Below are positions 58,901-64,000 of a stretch of 64,000 bases of DNA, in pieces. How positions within the stretch are numbered: the stretch's first letter is position 1; each line of letters begins with the position of its first letter. Under the pieces are notes generated by a model. The model saw only the letters and a program-made list of their open reading frames with translations. It ran no database searches and was not told the origin of the DNA. The translations under genes were made by a program, and so were the position numbers. This DNA comes from Candidatus Omnitrophota bacterium. Its GTDB lineage: Bacteria; Omnitrophota; Omnitrophia; Omnitrophales; Aquincolibacteriaceae. The stretch lies in NCBI GenBank assembly GCA_043821445.1, contig JBDRCT010000003.1, forward strand, positions 5,440 through 69,439, read 5' to 3'.

Positions 58901-61900
58901 CCGAGATACCCCGTTTCAAGTTTTGCAAGGTTCCTTAGATTAATAGAAATGCGGTTCCTATATTGTTGAAGCTTCTTAAGATTGCGTTCTTTAGCGGGTT
59001 TATCCATTTCTCCCCGAATTGCTTCCGCAAGCGACTCGGCATCCCGGATCCTGCGAAGCGAGTTGGTAAGGGGCACGTTGACATGTTCGACCTGGTAGAG
59101 ATCCACCGTGAGATTCTTGAAAAGTGCGGCCGTTTGCTTCCGGTAACTGTCGCTTAAGGCTTCGCCCATCGTTCGTTCCACCAACTCTGCCGCAAACGCT
59201 TTAACGGCAACCGCTTTTAGGTAGGTCGCAAGCCCGTAATGAAGGTCGGCTTCCTCCCCCTCGTTCCTGGGCTTTGCGGTATCTCCCAGGTAAGGCGTAT
59301 TGTATTTCCTGTGGAACCGCGGCCACCCATCCTTCTCCCCGGGCCGGCCGGCAACATCCTGGGCTGAGGGTTCCATACGAATGAGGATAAACAGCCGCCA
59401 CAGGAGATGCTGCAACGTCGGGTCCGACGCGATACTTTCACGAACCCTGGCCGTTTCCGGTCTCCCCCTCTTTTTCTTTCTTATATTGTCTAAGTCCAGG
59501 GTGTTATATGTTGGGGACTTAAGCGCCTTATAAAAAGCGTCCACGCCGGGCGTCCAATTCTTTTCGATGAGCTGCCTAACAGGACTGCCTTCAGGAGCCA
59601 TCATTGCTTCGCGAAAAACGTCGACCGCCGATTGGGCTTCGATCTGGAAGGGGCCGGCCGCAGGACCTTTTTTCTTTTGATAGGGTTCGAACGTCGGATT
59701 TTCGAGATAGGTCAGATAGATCGCAGCGAACGCCAGATGCTGGATGCGCTCGGCACGTTCTTTTTCAGAAATGCCGGGATAAAGTGTCCTCTCGGAATCC
59801 CTTAAGAAAACCATGGTGTCCAGGTAGTGACGGACAATACGCTGCATCCGTTCGTCCTGTATATTCTCCGTATCGATCGCCGTCAAATCGCCTTGCAGCG
59901 CTTCAAGATCAAATGGGGTAAGTGCCCTCACCGGCGCGACGAGGGCCGTACTGACCGTCGAAGGTTTGCCTGGCAGCAATGCATTGTGAAACACGTAATA
60001 GACCGCCCCCCCAATCAGCAACACCAATGACAGTGTACCGATCACAAGCGTTCGTTTGATACGGGCAAGTTCGGACTTGGGAATTATGATCCTTAGCCGT
60101 ACTTTATCCTCATCCCGAATTTCGGAGCGGGAATTCTGAACGGCCCAATTGATGACTGCCTGGGACAGTTGACCGGGATAGGCGTTGATCAGGCCGGAGC
60201 TCGATATGCTGAAGACAACAACACTGTCTGGAACGGGCGGCGTTTTGTAACCGTCCGAATTGGGGTCGTATCGTGTTACCGCCAGCGGCACAGAGGCTGC
60301 CTTCGCGGGATCATATTTTGGGGGGTCGAAAACATAATATCGGGTTTTGAAAAATTCGGCGGTTTCAACGCGGGTAACGTTCTCCTCCGCCAAAAAGCTC
60401 CTGCTTCCAGCCAAACCCTGCTGGTAATGCGCCATATGGATCAATTCGTGGAGAAGGGTCCCTGTAAATATCTCCCATGCCGCGTTCCGGTCTTTTAGCA
60501 CCCAATCCAGAGCGCCCTGATCGACCGCGATAAGCTGCGAGTACGCCCGCCCACCTGCCCCACCTCCGGGCCTGTCTGTGCTATTGGGACTGACAAAGAC
60601 ATGATTTTGCCAATTGGGATCTGCCAGCAGGTCCCGGACAACGGGATCTCTGCTATTGGGCGCCATCGCCGCGATCTCTGCCCACGCTTCTTCCAGGACC
60701 TTTTTCGCTTCAGCCGGGAGATCACGGAATGCGGTATATCCAACCGGTATATCGCTCGGTGCAACTACCGAGAGGCCCCGCGCCCCCTGGCTGCAGGCCG
60801 TTCCCGCGGTCATCACAAACGCTGCAACAGGCGCGGTCCTCGCCCAAAACACCGGATTCGAAAAGTTTAGCGATGCCGCGAGAAGTACTAATGAGGCGTT
60901 CCGTTTTAATTTTGCGGAAACTCCCCGCACCCTAGGGGCAGAAGTCTCTACCTTGGCCTGCCGGCCCGCAGCGATCCATGCTTCATCCCAAACCCGGCGA
61001 ATCTCCTCTTCACGTTTTTCCAGGCCTGGAATTACATCATAAATGAACACGGCCTTTTCATCCCGCATCTCGGAGCGGCCACTAAACAACTCCGGATGTT
61101 TTCGGAGTATCCTATCGATCATCGGGCGGGCTGCTTGTTCCGCAAGCAGGGATCTTCTTATCCTTTTGTATCTTTCGATAAGCTTCGCACGAACTTCCAG
61201 TGAAACCCGCTGATCGCCCACTAGTTGGAGAAACTTCATGTTCTCTCTTGAAGCGCTAAAAAGGTCGTCCACGGACCCGTCCTCATTGAACCTGTCCCAA
61301 TGGTCATTCTTTTTGTTTTCTTCGCCGGCCAAACCCGCTAAAACGTTAATCGTTGTTTCTTTCCCGGCAGATCGCAACATCGCGGCTAATGTGGCCTTAA
61401 AATCTTCCTTATGCGCTCCCCGGTCGTCGAGGAGGGCCGCGTCCAACGCACTAAAGGCAGCAATGGGATCAGGGTCTTCCCCAAGCATCCGGATCGCCTG
61501 CCCTAAAGCCTTCCCATAAGTCAATTCCCGACGCTTGACCTTCTCCTCGAGCCAGAAAAAAAAGTCTTTTCGAAATTGTTCCCCACGTCCCGGCTCCCGA
61601 CTTAGTTGATCCATTTCGGTCAAGGCTTGGATATAAACCTCATCCATCGTTTCGGGCGTGGAACCACGGATCAGCTCCTTCCAGTGCGCCTCCATCTCCC
61701 GAAAAGCTTCGGAGTCCAAAGGACTGGCAGGTGACGACCTTGGACCTTCCGTTCGAGGGATCGCTGGGGAGACTTGACCTGCGTCGGGAGCTTTTTCGAG
61801 GAGTTCCTCCAGCCGCGCGATCTCGGCATCCATGCCGGCAAGAACTTCTTCTTTTGTAGCGATCGGGTCGATCCGACCGCTTGCGCCATTGAACTGGATC

Positions 61901-63990
61901 CCGCCCTTGTTAAACGCCAGATGACCGGGATCGCCCTCGTCCACATCAATGATAAAAACCCGGTTGTTTGCGCGAAATAATTTCTTCAAGTGGATATGTG
62001 CACCAACAATTCCGGCACAGCCAAGTCTCGTCAAGTAATTATCAAGAACAGCTTCATTGACCCGGGGCTCGGCACCGTCAACGGAGGAGCCGAAGAATTG
62101 ATCAATCCAGTCTTTTTTCTTGGCCCAAAATATATCTTTTGCGCTCAAAAAATACCCTGTCAGATGATCCTGATTGGCTTTTATTTCCAACCTCGGATCG
62201 TTCTCTAACCCCTTTTGAATGGCCGACCATTCTTCCCCAAGCCTCTCCAATGCTTCCCGGTCGATCGTGGGATTTCCGTCCTTGTTCATGGGAATACCGG
62301 CATGGACATGAAGGAACCCGCGCTCGTCCTCGGCAAAAAGTTTGAAATTCCGAACCATCCAGAGAGCCAGCTCTTGAACAGAGGAAAGATCCCGGACCAG
62401 CCAATCCGCTGCATAACCGCCAACCTTCTGTTCTGCTTCATTCATTTCCTTTAATGACTCTAAGAGCATTCTTTCGTCACCTGTCTTGCGTGCCTGGCTA
62501 TATTTTTGGATTGCCCGTCGATATTTAATTGCTGCTTGATTTGCCGCCTCGACTTCTCCCGGCCGGAATGGAAATCCAAACTCCTTGAGCGTTGCACAGG
62601 CGCCATTGATAATCCAATCCGTAAACGTACTCGGATCCTTTAATAGAACGGATTCGATCATAAAAACATCGTGGTTCCCGAGGAATAGGTCAACCTTGAT
62701 ATTGGGATGATCTTGGGTAAGTTGGACCAGTTCCTGAAAGATCTCCCAGACCCTTTTGTTTTGGCCTCCGCGGTCAAATCCGTCTCCGTGACCCATGATG
62801 TGAAGGGGCTTCCCGGTCCTGGCAGCTTCCTTTGCCTCCGACAGGATCGCTTCCAGATCCCCCACTTTCCCGTGCTTATCCCCGAATGTTAATATCTCGG
62901 GAATTTCACGGCCCTCCGCATCACGACCTGTTGCAATACGCTCCTGGGAACCTTTCAGGTAGTCGATCCTTTTTCTGTAATACTCTTTCGTTCCTGGCAC
63001 CTCCCGCATTTCGGAACGGGTAACGGGAGGCTGTTGTTCTTCGGCTTTTGGCGCCACCGTTGATCCGGCATTTATGTTAAGTTCTGCTAGAGCATTAATT
63101 AATGCATTGATCCGCGCGGATCTTTCCGCGTCTAGGCGATCTACATTTTGTTCTTTGACTACTTTTAAAGCCTGCAGGACCGTCGCTCCTAGAGCCTGTT
63201 GCCGTGTCCGTATCAAGCTCAAAACATCTTCCGGTTTTCCCCCAAGGACGCGCTGAAGATCCTGGGGATCGATCGAAGCCACATCGCGTACGGCTTGAAC
63301 CAGGAACTCAGGACCCGCTTCACTCAACGCTTTCAACACCAAGGGACCATCGAATGAGAACGGCGTACCGATCGGCTGGATTCCGGCAGCATTGGTCAGG
63401 TCATAGAGGACATAGTAGCGGCGTCCGTCGATCGTGGAAATACCGACATTATGGTCCAGTTTAAAATCGGTGGCCCCGGTAAGCGCCAAAAACGCCAGGA
63501 TCTTCTCGATCCCCGAAGTACGCGGGTCAGCCAACTCCGGCAAAGTCAGATCGTTTGCATCACGGGACAAAATGGCGGTCACAGAATTCAGAGAATTGAT
63601 GTCGTAGCGCAAACCCATAATCTGCGCGTTCCAATATCTGGAAAATTTTTCGGGCATTGATAAATCTTCCACAGAGATCTCGGTCCAGCGCGGTATGTTT
63701 ACACCCGCAAGCGCTGCTAACTGATACCCTCTCTTTTCTTTCTGCATTTCTGAAGGTGTGTCCAGTTTTAGGTACCATTTTTCATTCGTGGTCCTGTCGT
63801 TGACGTACCAGGCGTATTCCGGAGCTCTTTTCAAAACCTCTAAATCGACCGCTTTGGGAAACACCGCCGCGGCTCCCCCTTGATCCCGCACTTCGGACCG
63901 GGAAAGAACTTTCTTCAAACCCAAGTTGAGTTTGTGTTTTAACTCCTCCGTGAATTCCTCCGGGATGATCTTTCCCGTAGGCAACTTCAC
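52987..63990 (-). CDS. giant 3,667-aa multi-enzyme polyprotein; modules separated by conserved R-S-E-[MVIT]-R junctions
   Basis: Uninterrupted 11,004-nt ORF. Junction copies at aa 32, 326, 973, 1289, 1783, 2027, 2717, 2948, 3324 and 3364.
Modules:
- aa 36-325: kinase-like (TDFKLDHNVGIS...YVLYDL).
- aa 330-972: PPP metallophosphatase (GDxHG-like HIMGHGDGFDRGG; GNHD; VHAGIP; GAHIH).
- aa 977-1288: HExxH metallopeptidase (TLLHELIHMAHY).
- aa 1293-1782: TM signal-anchor plus possible lysozyme-like region.
- aa 1787-2026: Tat-like signal (SRRNLLLGALGLSLGIGVAQKA) plus phosphodiester-glycosidase-like (ALFVDGGDTG).
- aa 2031-2716: GGDEF-like palm (SDFDKIGAKN...RGVGGDEIIF).
- aa 2721-2947: DAHxD motif (LVNFDAHPDVG).
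- aa 2952-3323 and aa 3368-3667: unknown. Confidence 0.8.
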   Translation of the reverse strand: MKLPTGKIIPEEFTEELKHKLNLGLKKVLSRSEVRDQGGAAAVFPKAVDLEVLKRAPEYAWYVNDRTTNEKWYLKLDTPSEMQKEKRGYQLAALAGVNIPRWTEISVEDLSMPEKFSRYWNAQIMGLRYDINSLNSVTAILSRDANDLTLPELADPRTSGIEKILAFLALTGATDFKLDHNVGISTIDGRRYYVLYDLTNAAGIQPIGTPFSFDGPLVLKALSEAGPEFLVQAVRDVASIDPQDLQRVLGGKPEDVLSLIRTRQQALGATVLQALKVVKEQNVDRLDAERSARINALINALAELNINAGSTVAPKAEEQQPPVTRSEMREVPGTKEYYRKRIDYLKGSQERIATGRDAEGREIPEILTFGDKHGKVGDLEAILSEAKEAARTGKPLHIMGHGDGFDRGGQNKRVWEIFQELVQLTQDHPNIKVDLFLGNHDVFMIESVLLKDPSTFTDWIINGACATLKEFGFPFRPGEVEAANQAAIKYRRAIQKYSQARKTGDERMLLESLKEMNEAEQKVGGYAADWLVRDLSSVQELALWMVRNFKLFAEDERGFLHVHAGIPMNKDGNPTIDREALERLGEEWSAIQKGLENDPRLEIKANQDHLTGYFLSAKDIFWAKKKDWIDQFFGSSVDGAEPRVNEAVLDNYLTRLGCAGIVGAHIHLKKLFRANNRVFIIDVDEGDPGHLAFNKGGIQFNGASGRIDPIATKEEVLAGMDAEIARLEELLEKAPDAGQVSPAIPRTEGPRSSPASPLDSEAFREMEAHWKELIRGSTPETMDEVYIQALTEMDQLSREPGRGEQFRKDFFFWLEEKVKRRELTYGKALGQAIRMLGEDPDPIAAFSALDAALLDDRGAHKEDFKATLAAMLRSAGKETTINVLAGLAGEENKKNDHWDRFNEDGSVDDLFSASRENMKFLQLVGDQRVSLEVRAKLIERYKRIRRSLLAEQAARPMIDRILRKHPELFSGRSEMRDEKAVFIYDVIPGLEKREEEIRRVWDEAWIAAGRQAKVETSAPRVRGVSAKLKRNASLVLLAASLNFSNPVFWARTAPVAAFVMTAGTACSQGARGLSVVAPSDIPVGYTAFRDLPAEAKKVLEEAWAEIAAMAPNSRDPVVRDLLADPNWQNHVFVSPNSTDRPGGGAGGRAYSQLIAVDQGALDWVLKDRNAAWEIFTGTLLHELIHMAHYQQGLAGSRSFLAEENVTRVETAEFFKTRYYVFDPPKYDPAKAASVPLAVTRYDPNSDGYKTPPVPDSVVVFSISSSGLINAYPGQLSQAVINWAVQNSRSEIRDEDKVRLRIIIPKSELARIKRTLVIGTLSLVLLIGGAVYYVFHNALLPGKPSTVSTALVAPVRALTPFDLEALQGDLTAIDTENIQDERMQRIVRHYLDTMVFLRDSERTLYPGISEKERAERIQHLAFAAIYLTYLENPTFEPYQKKKGPAAGPFQIEAQSAVDVFREAMMAPEGSPVRQLIEKNWTPGVDAFYKALKSPTYNTLDLDNIRKKKRGRPETARVRESIASDPTLQHLLWRLFILIRMEPSAQDVAGRPGEKDGWPRFHRKYNTPYLGDTAKPRNEGEEADLHYGLATYLKAVAVKAFAAELVERTMGEALSDSYRKQTAALFKNLTVDLYQVEHVNVPLTNSLRRIRDAESLAEAIRGEMDKPAKERNLKKLQQYRNRISINLRNLAKLETGYLGEAGRMLKKLEGYSNKGYTAAEWEMIKNEAAKAVRDAKDTVERLTPELNQYARQLDPILKTPPKTVKPSPQKAKAGKAATPKGKGRSEMRQEEVQIFSRRNLLLGALGLSLGIGVAQKATVDHWSSEGTREFDPKKYEFRIVERKDIKQLLAEGWTYVSNANPFREISRRAIGWFRLSEDAQDRAFIENGSAMLKGIFLLNRNGDVLIRPAEGFRPENYPKEQWAQGFQAGPMAITEGNLNPNIENWHKSIFSGRKSVVGVDPSGRVHTLDIFGWDIFGWTGPTTAKLIEALENWHTTYDIKEALFVDGGDTGDRFTQQTPATALMAFPRSEMRTEKITQEKIDEINEQLRGLEVAMREGGAVDVYSSPPTSHKAAVADLLNLQVAVEGGLKITHRNSETGEIETVTIPASTRLTPETAEKLGIRVEPDAFKSSDGWGTQDDGKEQRLKYLRAHPSVTDLQNFRFYMSDFDKIGAKNLALGGKGIVGVMSLERSGEHLITPKDSPVLDYRKTILVIAKKYGLEVYRGVGGDEIIFVPARKVTQEDLENFLRDLNEEFFGRYAVLEVEKTLTENEAKIFESKEYASVLSAVLYAGSTYIRVDRRKLDAEGKWQDFLRDLHTKLNLEGDQLHEIRFEKIQSENATPQKWGFLTISIGAAPAAGNPEFPEQSGVLDYFKEVMKDVKHEDGGNYWTYIKDDVETLRPERIELFDECAMWLANDALSEAKKKRNQVKVGIFVKKEVTRDKIEEVSKKLAERASSSEKRDPKIIDTLTGLLTEGAGQEAARKVDIKETRHLIVLGYKGQAIPRAFHEYQNMDGVGYKGGDQAITAVSGSARELFGVKDEETVPEMLERGEIIFRVAPDEIVEVFHGDVQRNRGPPTTIETFDKAGLKLEEELKKIPGTPETTSPILLLIIAQQADLERLNGLASQLTPLQKIDNVMKMAAWLSDVVKAVSPEDLEKAMDVDEGKYGKIARFNPAKAPALLFLFYKAQREKARQSLDELGGRRVPYSELIAEKPVSRSEMRKGVLTKVGTEVVTIETHDGVLDYLRERFRERKQRGEANPALPILVNFDAHPDVGTWTQQYLVPINEGNWGSRALREGLITYFVHVPPSEKILGPVAIRIWTMQKIGWWFRPVIVELKGKELDQLAGKIFGTETFVTVCADAYSLQESPPEWITVNMRKELGTAGYHTDPNNFGKQSTPLLDFLNRYGLQPDPKVYLTKSPDWVGPQVDEAYLESLAGHLKEAIPSARSETREDILGYLTVSVKKRQILSNEKANEIASWLLSPSAGEPLRLDLVQQTLDYIFRIRAFTKKPCDELLKLLSQKLRESMEIEEKQTGSLFEWMMENQVVPRNVPAEVFEDFFRTYLSQYRIDQNPQGRFFYNLPPGLDSKTKLVLATQNMKKMEQMFAPEFRRRQSVQIARISGTPYLIEMRYGFGKGSSGVLIAIGEAIGERTQWIYRIGVDTQQAENGEALRVAVITGGLNQKEQIRETFPQRIGLHPGLALLCVALGLAQQKGFAVLSGIKGKYIPIQKYVLEANPGAIYDRFKMNGGRGENEYARWRTVSDLLAIWESEPPKVKESWAEGARKMFATFRDLEEVSIDKLNDFVEREFTDQMPGGAPGTEKRSEVREAEAAKIEKTRVAAELKAVGKRLETESPGAEPGTQRSEMRVVREAISPADMLVVEQAKIGPNVEAVNNLEVQGAKGPVIVAAVAGMVFDDGLKAEQMADVIVQLANASAAKTAGWVTAIRDVFTGLAGALFGKTTQIEIMDKQGLEIELVPADAIIEPADLGTLVNKMQGKVMVLMADGAAEVAAAEQRKRGMEQRLAKTLKELNAEKRFDIIVVDKNNPETALNNFITSKMKTMPAISRGPLGYVFMGSDQFLKVFKTDTGRGLMIKEPYSTDVSRRVATSTLASIVSQRILSASEVDAIKEVLNGEKDENGFRSFSQDALSKMLVIAMQALQAIQSAA

Positions 63991-64000
63991 GGCACTATTC

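Overview
This 64-kb window is a gene-dense chromosomal segment (about 50% GC). Roughly 55 of 56 supportable CDSs lie on the minus strand; only one glycosyltransferase is on the plus strand. I found no rRNA, tRNA, CRISPR array or obvious mobile element.

Housekeeping content:
- tatD-metG-holB-tmk-cysS-ispDF-yacL-like block.
- mlaEFD lipid-asymmetry operon flanked by an AsmA-like gene.
- mcsA-mcsB-clpC, ilvE, a lolCD-like ABC pair, lysS, def, cca, rmuC and an RNase E/G gene.
- Complete type IV pilus / T2SS-like locus: pilin, PilM/N/O/P/Q, PilC, two tandem PilB/GspE ATPases and a standalone T2SSE_N/MshEN-like domain protein.
- thpR, cinA, a PgsA-PgpA fusion and rimO.

Two regions stand out:
1. 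22.2-28.5 kb: a compact type II PKS/FAS-like lipid operon. It encodes a SAM methyltransferase, a FabZ-like dehydratase, an ACP, an AcpS-type PPTase, a second hotdog dehydratase, a KS plus a Cys-less chain-length-factor partner, and a terminal thioester-reductase (NAD_binding_4) protein. There is no ketoreductase or thioesterase, and a divergent membrane GT2 lies nearby. A duplicated 37-bp element sits in the operon leader.
2. 52,987-63,990: a single 11-kb ORF encoding a 3,667-aa polyprotein. Its unrelated modules include kinase-like, PPP phosphatase, HExxH metallopeptidase, GGDEF-like and DAHxD-motif domains. Ten copies of a near-invariant junction (protein R-S-E-[MVIT]-R, DNA CGCTCCGARATGCGG) separate the modules. 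Several modules begin right after the junction with a Tat-type signal peptide or a signal-anchor TM helix. I could not place this architecture in any family I know.
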